Numbered from the stretch's first letter, positions 1 to 8,524 are shown. The stretch is 32,000 bases of DNA from Candidatus Electrothrix sp. GW3-4 (GCF_037902255.1 NZ_CP147990.1:3420001-3452000); one strand, 5' to 3'. Notes: generated by a model not told the origin, from the sequence alone. Program-made: numbers and translations.

Positions 1-1410
1 AAGCATGTTCCAGACACGGCTAAGCTGATCTATGTGGGCAAAAAAGGTGGTGGCCTCCATGCCTACACCCAGGAAGGCATTAACCAATTATTGGTAGAGT
101 ACGGCACGTCTGGTAAACGGGTGGTCCGACTCAAGGGCGGTGATCCCTTTATCTTTGGTCGTGGTGCAGAGGAAATCCAGGAGCTGGTCGAAGCAGGGGT
201 CGATTTTGAGGTAGTTCCCGGTGTCACCTCGGCGACAGCTGCTGCGACCTATGCCGGTATCCCCATCACCCATCGGGGCTACACGACCTCAGTGGCCTTT
301 GTCACTGGTCATGAAGCCACCGGCAAACGGGAGTCCACAGTGGCCTGGGATAAGCTGGCCACCGGTGCGGGCACTATCGTCGTGTACATGGGGATCAAGA
401 ACCTCCCTATCATTACCTCCAAGCTCCTGGAGCACGGACGTGCCCCTGAGACCCCGGTGGCCGTGGTCAGATGGGCCTCAACCCCGATCCAACGTTCTGT
501 GGTTGGCACCTTGGCAACGATTACTGACGTGGTTCGCGAGGCGGGTATTACTCCCCCTGCCCTCGTCATTGTCGGTGAGGTAGTGAATCTGCGCGACACC
601 GTTGACTGGTTTGAACGCCGCCCCCTGTTCGGCAAGCGTATGGTTGTTACCCGAACCAGGGAGCAGGCCAGCGAACTGGTTTCCCTTTTGGAAGAAAATG
701 GCGCGGATTGCCTGGAGTACTCTACCATTCATATCAAACCAGTAGACGACTACAGCCTCTTGGATCATGCTGTACAGAACATGAGCAGCTATGACTGGAT
801 ACTCTTTACCAGCCTAAATGCCATCACCTATTTTTTCAAACGGCTGGAGGCCATCGGACAGGACAGCCGTATCCTGGCAGGCTGTTGCATTGGCGCTGTG
901 GGCCGGGCAACCGCAGATGAATTACTTAAGCACGGCATCCGGGCGGACCTGATACCGGAAAAATTTACCGGCGCAGGCTTGGCTGAATCACTAATTGCAG
1001 GCGATATGTCAGGGAAACATGTCCTGCTGCCAAGGGCAGAAAAGGCCATGGAGACCCTGCCGGAAATGCTTCAGGATGCAGGTGCAGCCGTTACAGTGAC
1101 CCCAGTATATCGTAACATACCCCCACAAGGGCGTAAGGATGAGCTACGAGAAGAGCTGGTCGATGGCAATATTGAACTGGTGACCTTTACCAGTTCTTCA
1201 ACCGTGACCAATTTCCTCACCATGATTGATGCTACGAATGAGCAGGAATTGCACCAACTGCTGGACGGAGTCAAGCTTGCTGCCATAGGACCTGTCACAG
1301 CGGAAACTATCCAGAAAAACGGGCTGAACGTTGATATTCAACCGGACAACTATACCATTCCCGATATGGTGGCCGCTATTGTGGGCCATTACCGCCCAGA
1401 CGAGACCTAA
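1..1410 (+). CDS. cobA/hemD: Fused uroporphyrinogen-III C-methyltransferase / uroporphyrinogen-III synthase (CobA/HemD), 5' end cut by the window edge
   Basis: The frame is open from nt 1 ([17 protein letters not shown]...), so the ORF-track Met at 34 is internal. The N-terminal half has SUMT signatures ([48 protein letters not shown]). The C-terminal half ([31 protein letters not shown]) looks like HemD. The stop codon is at 1408-1410. Confidence 0.9.
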   Translation, partial: KHVPDTAKLIYVGKKGGGLHAYTQEGINQLLVEYGTSGKRVVRLKGGDPFIFGRGAEEIQELVEAGVDFEVVPGVTSATAAATYAGIPITHRGYTTSVAFVTGHEATGKRESTVAWDKLATGAGTIVVYMGIKNLPIITSKLLEHGRAPETPVAVVRWASTPIQRSVVGTLATITDVVREAGITPPALVIVGEVVNLRDTVDWFERRPLFGKRMVVTRTREQASELVSLLEENGADCLEYSTIHIKPVDDYSLLDHAVQNMSSYDWILFTSLNAITYFFKRLEAIGQDSRILAGCCIGAVGRATADELLKHGIRADLIPEKFTGAGLAESLIAGDMSGKHVLLPRAEKAMETLPEMLQDAGAAVTVTPVYRNIPPQGRKDELREELVDGNIELVTFTSSSTVTNFLTMIDATNEQELHQLLDGVKLAAIGPVTAETIQKNGLNVDIQPDNYTIPDMVAAIVGHYRPDET

Positions 1411-1813
1411 TTGCCTCTCCGAGATCCCGGAACAAAAAACGGCGATGAACACAACCTGCTGGACAACACGACCAGCAGGTCGTTGAACAAAGATGATGAG
1501 CCGATCCGATGTCGTACCTGCTACACGCCACTCACCAGCAAGGATCAGGCAACAAGCAAACAGGGGCGGCATGAGCACGCCTTTTTCAATCCCGCAGGCC
1601 GTGCCTTTGAAATCCACTGCTTTCAGGATGTACCCGGCTGTCGTGTACAAGGACGACCAAGAGCCGAATTCAGCTGGTTTACAGGGTATCTTCTGGCAAT
1701 ATGCCCTCTGCATGAACTGTGGGACTCATTCGGGATGGTTTTTCATCGCCCCTAAGGGGGCCTCAATAAACAATGTTTGTTTCTTTGCCTTGATTACCCA
1801 GCAGATTGTATAA
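1411..1813 (+). pseudogene. Cereblon-like CULT (thalidomide-binding-type) domain protein, interrupted by a 1-nt frameshift near 1690-1693
   Basis: Frame A (1411-1755) gives IRCRTC...HEHAFFNPAGRAFEIHCF...AEFSWFTGY. Frame B (to 1813) gives WQYALCMNCGTHSGWFF...FFALITQQIV*. Joined, they reproduce the CxxC / FNPxG / SWFxGYxW / CxxC / GW layout of bacterial and human cereblon C-terminal domains. The junction reads GGG TAT CTTC TGG, 4 nt where one codon is expected. The start is uncertain: there is no in-frame ATG, and the candidates are TTG 1411 (abutting the cobA/hemD stop) and TTG 1483. Confidence 0.7.
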
Positions 1814-1969
1814 TTGCAACTGTGGGCTTTTTTCTCCTACGTGCCCACCACCTCCGTTTTATTTTTTTTACGGATACCACCTTGTACAGTTTTTTGTATT
1901 GCCATTTCTCTTTGCAACCACTATAGTAAAATATAGCATAATGAGAATAATTACATCCCAGAGAAAAAA

Positions 1970-2695
1970 ATGGTCAGCAAAAAAATTTCATATCTGTGTA
2001 TCGCACTGACAGCATTATTGATAGGCAATGAATCTGCCTGTGCTGAAACTGCTCAACAGAATATCATCAGTAACGCCTATGATGAAAGCGCAATGAGCAG
2101 TCTTTTATTGGCCGCTGGGATGTATGGCGGCCTCAAGAATGAAAGCTCACCAGGAGTCAGCCTGTCCCTTGGTCAATCCAAAGACATGATGAAGGGTTTA
2201 TTTACCGATCAAGGCCAATTTGACGGTCAGGATATCACCCTTTCCTATGAGGGATCAGCAGGTCGTCTCGGTTTTTCCGCAGGGTACATATACACCACTG
2301 GGGAGAAAGACCAGAACGGTGGCTCTGTCCTGCTTGGTCTGGACAATTACAGCAAAAACACCTTGAACAATATCCAGGAAAGACCTTGGTACGTAACCCT
2401 TGATCTTTCACGCTCGTTTCAGCTCAGCAATAACTTGGCCGTTGGCGTTGGCTCAAAAACCGTACTGCTCGCGAATACCCTTAACGAAGAAGACAGCACC
2501 CATAAAGCGGTTTCCATGTCACTGAATCTTCCTGTCTCCTACAAAGGATTCCTGACAGTTACGCCAGAGTTCCAATGGTCCCGTGCTCTTCTTACTGACG
2601 GAGAGCCCTCCACCAATGACATTGACAACCTCTTTGCCCCGGAGGACGGACAAAATACCTTCTATGGAGGTATGTCCATCAGCTTCTCCTATTAA
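1970..2695 (+). CDS. Putative outer-membrane beta-barrel protein (family not recognised)
   Basis: It has a signal peptide (KKISYLCIALTALLIGNESACA) and a Gly/Ser/Thr/Asn-rich sequence with alternating hydrophobic residues. The C-terminus GGMSISFSY ends in an aromatic residue, as in many OM beta-barrels. Confidence 0.6.
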   Translation: MVSKKISYLCIALTALLIGNESACAETAQQNIISNAYDESAMSSLLLAAGMYGGLKNESSPGVSLSLGQSKDMMKGLFTDQGQFDGQDITLSYEGSAGRLGFSAGYIYTTGEKDQNGGSVLLGLDNYSKNTLNNIQERPWYVTLDLSRSFQLSNNLAVGVGSKTVLLANTLNEEDSTHKAVSMSLNLPVSYKGFLTVTPEFQWSRALLTDGEPSTNDIDNLFAPEDGQNTFYGGMSISFSY

Positions 2696-2716
2696 CCCAA
2701 ATTCATCTTGCCCTCC

Positions 2717-2748
2717 ATTTCCTGCAGCGAACCGTTGCTGTAGGAAAT
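2717..2748 (+). terminator. Strong 12-bp hairpin just after the OMP gene (no U-tract, so a non-canonical terminator or RNA-stability element)
   Basis: ATTTCCTGCAGC (2717-2728) pairs with GCTGTAGGAAAT (2737-2748). There is one G-T pair and an 8-nt loop, GAACCGTT. The downstream sequence ATTCCTCACG is not U-rich. Confidence 0.35.
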
Positions 2749-2810
2749 ATTCCTCACGTTCCTTCCTGCAAAAAAAACGTGGGTGCGCTCCCACAGAATC
2801 CCCCTACTTG

Positions 2811-2839
2811 TCGACAAGAATTATCCCTTGCGTTATAAT
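2811..2839 (+). promoter_or_regulatory. Sigma70-like promoter upstream of the FG-GAP gene
   Basis: TCGACA (2811-2816), a 17-nt spacer, then a perfect TATAAT (2834-2839). Two more perfect TATAAT hexamers follow at 2860-2865 and 2871-2876 without good -35 partners. Confidence 0.45.
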
Positions 2840-2981
2840 CAAAGGAAGTCCTGACTTCGTATAATAAGTGTATAATCTCTACAGTCGACTCATATCCAGA
2901 AACATTTTGGCGTAAAAAAAGACTCAGGTGTATTCTGGAGCACAGCCACCAAACTATTTCATACCGTAATATTAACGAGCC

Positions 2982-4754
2982 ATGAATCTTTATAACTGCC
3001 CTCGCTTTGGCACTAGTCTGCGGATCCAGCCATCATTCCTTTTCTGTTTACATCTCATTCTCACAGCCTGTTTCTTAGCAATACCGGCAACAGGACGCAC
3101 CGCAGATATTCCAACGACAGCCCAAAATGCCAAACAACAACTGATCATCCCACCTTTTGCCCTGCAAACGGGAACACCACGCCCTCATCTCCAAAGCGGG
3201 CTTGCCAATATCCTGGCTACTCGCATGAGCAAAAGAACTGGCCATATCGTTGCTCCGCAGAGCAGCAAAACAGCTCGGCTGACAGATCTGCTCCGCCAAC
3301 ATGACAATGCTGCCGTACAAAAAATGATACAGGGCATGGGCAATACCTATCTTTTGGCAGGAACTCTCAAAGAAAAAGAAAAAGGCTATGAAATCAGCAT
3401 AGACGTCTTTGGAGATCAGCCAACAGCGCAAATTACCTTATCGCAAACATTCAACCAGCTGGACCGCGCATTATCTGTTTTAGACGAACTCTCCCTGGAT
3501 ATTGCGGAAAAGATCTTTTCCCTTCCTCGGCCACAAGACGCTGAGGTTGTGGCGACAAGTGAAGGACTTGAAGGGTTTCATACCGCACATCCAGAACGTA
3601 TTTTTAAAGAAAAAAAATACAGTGATGAGGGATACAGCGAGCAAGGCATTGAACCGGAAGTCAAACATACCGATTTCGGCATCCAGTCCTCAAGAAAAGA
3701 TATATTGCCGTCCTCGGCAGCACAGGCAATGGCAGTAGGCGATCTCAATAACGATGGCAAAAAAGAATTTGTTGTCCTGGAAAGGGGAAACATAGCTCTC
3801 TATCATAGGACTCCAAACTCTTCCTTTGAGCGTATTGCGTTTCAGCCTATTGCTCGCCACCTTGGCCTCCATACAGTGTATCTTGCTGATCTTGATAACA
3901 ACGGCTTACAGGAGATCTATATAGGGGCCAGTAACGGAACCAATCCCGCATCACAGATCCTGGAATGGAATGGCAGGGCGTTCCATGTTCTCTATCAAAA
4001 TGCCCCCTTTTACCTCCGTCCTGGAGTGGATACAGAGGGTCAACCTTTTCTTCTTGGCCAGGAAAACGTCTTTCAGGAAACCGGAAGCAACGCTTTTTAC
4101 AGCGTAAGGAGAGTACCTGATGGATTGAAAAAAATACAACGGCTTACTGTCCCCCCTGGATTTAATATCTATGACTTTATCAGGGTGGATCTGGACCGAG
4201 ACGGGACCTTAGAGTTCGTCGGTATCACTCGCGGCAATAAGCTGACTGTCATCGATAACAGCGGCAAGACCTTATGGAAGAGCGAAAAAAATTATGGTGC
4301 AAGCAAGGATATCCTTGGGACACTTTCAAGCACTATTGATGGAGATCGGAATCAGGCGAATAATCCAGACCCCATCTACATGCATACTCGAATCATTACT
4401 CAGGACCTGAGTGGGGATGGAACACCAGAAATTATTCTCGGACGTAATCGCCTGGCTGATATCACCCTTTTTAAGCGTCTGAGATCTTTTGAAGGTTCTT
4501 CAGTCACTGCCTTGAGCTGGAACGACGGGACAATGAAAACATTCTGGGAAAGTCCCAAGCTCTCTGGATATACTGTTGATTTCCAACTCCTCCGAGATAC
4601 TAATACCCCTGGCAAATTCCGACTTTTCTCTCTTGAGCAGGAACATACGAGTAACCTGTTGTCCTTCTGGAACGCAAAAGCATCTCTTGTCCACTCCTAT
4701 ATTCTTGGCCAGAATGAGAGCCCGAGCCCCGTAAAAGAGGAGGAACAGAAGTAG
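2982..4754 (+). CDS. Secreted/anchored FG-GAP (integrin-alpha-like beta-propeller) repeat protein
   Basis: It has an N-terminal hydrophobic signal/anchor (FLFCLHLILTACFLAIPATG). Four clear FG-GAP/Ca-loop-like repeats are present: DLNNDGKKEFVV, DLDNNGLQEIYIG, DLDRDGTLEFVGI and DLSGDGTPEIILG. Confidence 0.8.
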   Translation: MNLYNCPRFGTSLRIQPSFLFCLHLILTACFLAIPATGRTADIPTTAQNAKQQLIIPPFALQTGTPRPHLQSGLANILATRMSKRTGHIVAPQSSKTARLTDLLRQHDNAAVQKMIQGMGNTYLLAGTLKEKEKGYEISIDVFGDQPTAQITLSQTFNQLDRALSVLDELSLDIAEKIFSLPRPQDAEVVATSEGLEGFHTAHPERIFKEKKYSDEGYSEQGIEPEVKHTDFGIQSSRKDILPSSAAQAMAVGDLNNDGKKEFVVLERGNIALYHRTPNSSFERIAFQPIARHLGLHTVYLADLDNNGLQEIYIGASNGTNPASQILEWNGRAFHVLYQNAPFYLRPGVDTEGQPFLLGQENVFQETGSNAFYSVRRVPDGLKKIQRLTVPPGFNIYDFIRVDLDRDGTLEFVGITRGNKLTVIDNSGKTLWKSEKNYGASKDILGTLSSTIDGDRNQANNPDPIYMHTRIITQDLSGDGTPEIILGRNRLADITLFKRLRSFEGSSVTALSWNDGTMKTFWESPKLSGYTVDFQLLRDTNTPGKFRLFSLEQEHTSNLLSFWNAKASLVHSYILGQNESPSPVKEEEQK

Positions 4755-4767
4755 TTACACGCGCGAC

Positions 4768-4793
4768 TCGAAGATAAGTTCGGTTTTGATTTT
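4768..4793 (+). terminator. Weak intrinsic terminator candidate after the FG-GAP gene
   Basis: A short stem TCGAA (4768-4772) / TTCGG (4779-4783) with one G-T pair and loop GATAAG, followed by TTTTGATTTT (4784-4793). Confidence 0.35.
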
Positions 4794-4858
4794 GGGTAAC
4801 GACCCGGGGTTAAATAAAAATTCCGGGCGAAAAAAAGGAACAGGTGAACTCTATCGTT

Positions 4859-5662
4859 TTATCGTCCAATAAGCGTTGTGTCCTTGCCGTACCTGGAACG
4901 CAATCCATTGGCAACAGGGCTGTATCCTTGTTGAAGATCCTGCCTCCTTTCTGGAGGCATTGTCCTCCACACCCAAGGTGCTATCGGCTCAGGGTATGAC
5001 CACAGCCCCTTTTTCGCTGCTTTGGCTTTATCTTGAAAAGACAGCCAGTCTGAGCAAAAAGACTCATAGCAACGTTCTCGCTTTACCCAAGCATGTCCGC
5101 CCTTGACCAGCAACTCATTAACATTTTTCTTTCCCGCAGACACAACGGCCAAACAGCGACGCTTCGTCCTGTCTTTATCATAGACCTGAAGTTTAATATT
5201 TTTCCTCTTGAGCAATTTTGTGATAACCTGAAGGGCTTTCATACCATGAGGCTGGGTTCGTTCCGGGCTGTCAATTCCGTAAAGACTCACAGTAAACAGC
5301 GAGTCGTTCCAAAGAACGCGTATTGTGTCGCCATCTTCAACATCGACCATCGTTACAGGCTGAAATGGCTTGGGCTCTGGTACGGTGTACACAATCTTAT
5401 TTTTTTCACCTTCGCCTGAGCCATAATTACCTTTACCTGCGCGAGACGTTTTCCTTTTTGCTGAGTTTGCTGAACTGTTGCTTCCTGAACCGCCACTTTT
5501 CGACGCGACTGAACCCGCGTTATTTTTTGATGCAGAAGAGTTCTTGAGCGTTTTCCGTAACGATCTCTTGCTGTTTGGGTCTACGCCAATGGAATGGGCA
5601 TTCTGGGCGGAGAAAAGCCATAGGAAAACACAAACAATGCTCAGAGTTTTATAGTGCGCCAT
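4859..5662 (-). CDS. Secreted thermonuclease (staphylococcal nuclease / SNase family) with a low-complexity basic Ser/Gly/Asn linker
   Basis: It has a signal peptide (LSIVCVFLWLFSAQNAHS). The SNase core motifs are DGDTIRV...VSLYGIDSPERTQPHG, RCLAVV and LVKGGHAWV...AKAAKKGLW. A linker (SASKNNAGSVASKSGGSGSNSSANSAKRK) lies between the signal peptide and the domain. Confidence 0.85.
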   Translation of the reverse strand: MAHYKTLSIVCVFLWLFSAQNAHSIGVDPNSKRSLRKTLKNSSASKNNAGSVASKSGGSGSNSSANSAKRKTSRAGKGNYGSGEGEKNKIVYTVPEPKPFQPVTMVDVEDGDTIRVLWNDSLFTVSLYGIDSPERTQPHGMKALQVITKLLKRKNIKLQVYDKDRTKRRCLAVVSAGKKNVNELLVKGGHAWVKRERCYESFCSDWLSFQDKAKAAKKGLWSYPEPIAPWVWRTMPPERRQDLQQGYSPVANGLRSRYGKDTTLIGR

Positions 5663-5839
5663 ACTGAAACCAAGTTTTTTTGATAAATTACGTATTCATT
5701 CTATACTGGCCTGTCATCCTTCACAAGCCATTCCCTCAAAAGAAAGCTCAAAACAACAAATAAACCAATCCGTTCCAGAAGTCTCCCCCTTTTTTCATCT
5801 CACATTCAAGGAGATCGGCAACACAAGGAAGGCCGTTCA

Positions 5840-8212
5840 TCATCCCCCTTTGAGCTCCTGTAAGGGCTCGGAAAAATAATAGCCCTGCAAAAAATCCACT
5901 CCCAAAGAGGTAGCTAACTCAGCCGTTTCCTTATCGTAAACAAATTCAGCAACGGTTTGGATCCCAAGTTTTTTGGCCACCGCGACAATGGTTTCTACGA
6001 TAGTTTGAGAGATCTCATCAGAGGTCAACTTCTTGAGAATCGACCCGTCTATCTTCAAATAATCCACCTGAAGCTTCATGAGGCGCTCATAGTTTGAATG
6101 CCCGCTTCCAAAATCATCAATAGCTATTTTACAGCCCATCCCTTTCATTTCTTTAATAAATTGAGCGACCTCATCGTAATTCTCAAAACCTTCTGTTTCA
6201 ACAATCTCGAGAATAATCCTTTGGGCAATAGATGATTTTCCCAGCTTTCTCTTCAGGTGTTTGACTACAGCCAAGTCAAGGATATCCTGAGTGGATAAAT
6301 TCACTGAAAAATCCATAGCAGAATCTGCAAAGGCGGAGCAGGCTCTATCAATGACTGCCATTGTTATTTTTGTATATATACGTGCTTTTTTGGCGGCATC
6401 AAGAAATTGACAAGGAGGAATAACGGTTCCGTCTTCTTCAATAATCCGAACCAAGCACTCATACTTATCAATTTCTCCTGTTTCTGCCCGGATAATAGGC
6501 TGAAAAAAGGTGACAACCCTTCCCTCATGCAGGGCATTTCGAATATCTACAGCGATAGAGTGATTCTTCTCCAACTCCAGCATGATGCTGCCACTCTCTT
6601 TATTGACAACATACTCCTGGCGATTCTTCTTGGCCTGTTTTAAGGCGATATCAGCCTCAAGAAGACCGTTCTTTTCCACGTTCCAGGCAATACCGCAGGT
6701 CACATGAACAGCTATCTCGCTATCATTGACATAAAAAGGTCTCCGCGTAATGGAATCATTGAGCTGTTCCACAGTCGCCTCAACTTCAGGCAACGGCCAT
6801 TTTTCATTTACCAGTAAGGCCGTCTGATCGCCCGGCAGCTTATACAGTTTACATGGTTTGTCTGTGCATTCCTGTTGCAAACGATGAACAACCTCAACAA
6901 GAATACTGTCACCGGTTTCTATCCCAAAATAATCATTAATATCAGCAAATGCGTGGATATCAAAGAGGATAACGGTTGTCAGCTCCTGTTTACTGAGATC
7001 CATCAGCATTTGGTAACGATTGGGCAGGCCTGTCAGATTATCTGTTGTCAACAGGGCTTGCATCTCTTGTCGATTCTCAACAAGTTCTGTAACATCGGCT
7101 CTGGCAGCGATGTACTCTACAATTTGTCCCGTATTATCCAAAATCGGGCAAACGGTCGTCTGTGCCCAACAATGGCTTCCGTCTTTCTTCCGATTTTTCA
7201 GCAGCCCCTGCCAAATTCTCTTGGCCTGAATATTTTTCCACAAATCAAGGAAGACGTAATCATCCATATCAGAATGCTGCAAAAACGAATGCGGTCTGCC
7301 AATAAGCTCACTCGGCTCATAGCCGAAGACTTGGCACATCTTATCATTCACATAGGTAATATTGCCTTCCAGGTCTCCTTTGGAAACAATAAGACTTGCA
7401 TCAAGGACCTTTGAATATTCCCGCAGCAGATTGACCTGTTCCTGGAGCTCACTCGTTTGATTCTGCACGGTTTTTTCCAATTCATGTGTGTATTGAGCAT
7501 CCTGTAGTTTCAACTTGCGGATCAAAAAAAAGATAACTATCAGAAAAAGAATGCTTCCGGCAAGGGTGACAAGGGTCGTTTTGATAAAAAAGAGACTTAT
7601 CAACTCATTCCTGATATTGGCCTTTTTCATCTTAATACTAATGACTCCACGTAATTCGCCTTCCTTGTAATCAAGGGCTGTGGAGTACTTCTGCGCAACG
7701 CCTGGGAGCACCTCATCTCTGGAGCCATGACATTGCAGGCACATCTTTTTTATATAAAATGGCGAAGCATAAAAATAAAACTGGTCTTCCCCAGAGGACA
7801 CCTGTTCAAAGTATTCCCGCTCTGTGCCATTTTCTCGAAAAAACTGTATGGCCTCCTGCTCAACATCGTCTGCCTTATTCTTCAGATTTCTCGGTCTATC
7901 AGTGACAGCATTAACTGTGACCCTATCCCCTGTAACCCTCTTAAACTCTTCTGAAATCCTTGAAATAGCCATAACTGGAAGAAGATGCATATTGCCTTCA
8001 TCCAGTGCAATATGATTTTCAACAAAGGCCTGCTGATAAACGGAACGGTACGCCTCAATAAAATTTCTCAGAACCTTAGAGTCTTCGCGATAAATCTTTT
8101 TCTCCAACAGGGAAAGGTTCCTATACTCGTCAACCATTTTCAGCGCGATAAAAATACAGAAAAATGTAACAATACATACAAACAGGCTATTTTCTTTTAT
8201 CAGCTTTATCAT
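5840..8212 (-). CDS. Membrane sensor c-di-GMP phosphodiesterase: DUF3365/Tll0287-like c-type haem domain - TM - PAS - degenerate GGDEF - EAL
   Basis: CLQCH (CxxCH, nt 7727-7741) sits in a DUF3365-like periplasmic domain (YKEGELRGVISIKM), followed by a TM segment (LVTLAGSILFLIVIFFLI). The PAS domain shows GNITYVNDKMCQVFGYEPSELIGRPHSFL. The GGDEF domain shows DNLTGLPNRY, but its signature is replaced by PGDQT. The EAL domain looks intact: ECLVR, NLS, EIVETE, DDFGSGHSN, KIDGS, QGYYFSEP. Confidence 0.9.
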   Translation of the reverse strand: MIKLIKENSLFVCIVTFFCIFIALKMVDEYRNLSLLEKKIYREDSKVLRNFIEAYRSVYQQAFVENHIALDEGNMHLLPVMAISRISEEFKRVTGDRVTVNAVTDRPRNLKNKADDVEQEAIQFFRENGTEREYFEQVSSGEDQFYFYASPFYIKKMCLQCHGSRDEVLPGVAQKYSTALDYKEGELRGVISIKMKKANIRNELISLFFIKTTLVTLAGSILFLIVIFFLIRKLKLQDAQYTHELEKTVQNQTSELQEQVNLLREYSKVLDASLIVSKGDLEGNITYVNDKMCQVFGYEPSELIGRPHSFLQHSDMDDYVFLDLWKNIQAKRIWQGLLKNRKKDGSHCWAQTTVCPILDNTGQIVEYIAARADVTELVENRQEMQALLTTDNLTGLPNRYQMLMDLSKQELTTVILFDIHAFADINDYFGIETGDSILVEVVHRLQQECTDKPCKLYKLPGDQTALLVNEKWPLPEVEATVEQLNDSITRRPFYVNDSEIAVHVTCGIAWNVEKNGLLEADIALKQAKKNRQEYVVNKESGSIMLELEKNHSIAVDIRNALHEGRVVTFFQPIIRAETGEIDKYECLVRIIEEDGTVIPPCQFLDAAKKARIYTKITMAVIDRACSAFADSAMDFSVNLSTQDILDLAVVKHLKRKLGKSSIAQRIILEIVETEGFENYDEVAQFIKEMKGMGCKIAIDDFGSGHSNYERLMKLQVDYLKIDGSILKKLTSDEISQTIVETIVAVAKKLGIQTVAEFVYDKETAELATSLGVDFLQGYYFSEPLQELKGG

Positions 8213-8423
8213 TTCAGTTTGTAGAGCGTATTTTATTCTCTTTCTGTATTCTTCTTCGAGGACGCATTATGCAAACAAGTTACAACTGAAGACCCTTCCT
8301 GAGGGATTCTACAGGAATACAGGGTGTACAGGAAACACCTTACCATACCTTTACGCAAATACTATAGAGGCGTCCCCTGTGTTCGCCTTTTCATACCCGA
8401 CAGGCACGGCCCCCTGCCCCTCC

Positions 8424-8453
8424 GACCCTGCATGGAAAACGGGGTCTTTTTTT
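8424..8453 (+). terminator. Orphan intrinsic terminator on the + strand inside a run of minus-strand genes
   Basis: GACCCT (8424-8429) pairs with GGGGTC (8441-8446): 5 Watson-Crick pairs plus one G-T pair, with an 11-nt loop. It is followed by TTTTTTT (8447-8453). No + strand gene lies upstream. Confidence 0.4.
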
Positions 8454-8524
8454 GGGCTGGGATCCCCTACGCTTTTTTCTTGGCATCAACAATGACGACA
8501 CAATCTCTGTTTCTCAAAGAGACC

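Noticed and set aside
1198-1713. Long antisense or overlapping ORFs in the track: 1198-1713(-), 6875-7414(+), 11359-11814(+), 14604-15227(+), 24529-25065(-), 25371-25850(-), 25597-26019(-), 27556-28182(-), 15908-16378(-) and many shorter ones.
   Set aside because: Each lies entirely within, and opposite to or out of frame with, a CDS that has strong family signatures. Their translations are low-complexity or Arg/Ser/Pro-rich, as expected for shadow frames, and none has a start context or motif.
1821-1871. A possible intrinsic terminator after the CULT gene: GTGGGC 1822-1827 / GCCCAC 1843-1848, with T-runs at 1857-1869.
   Set aside because: The stem is only 6 bp with a 15-nt loop, and the T-run starts 8 nt after the stem. 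This is too weak to list as a feature, although termination somewhere in 1814-1900 is likely.
4803-4836. Hairpin CCCGG-n15-CCGGG with an adjacent A7/T7 run between the convergent FG-GAP and nuclease genes, considered as a bidirectional terminator.
   Set aside because: The homopolymer is on the wrong side for both strands: an A-run after the hairpin on the + strand, and a T-run before it on the minus strand. The loop is also long for a 5-bp stem.
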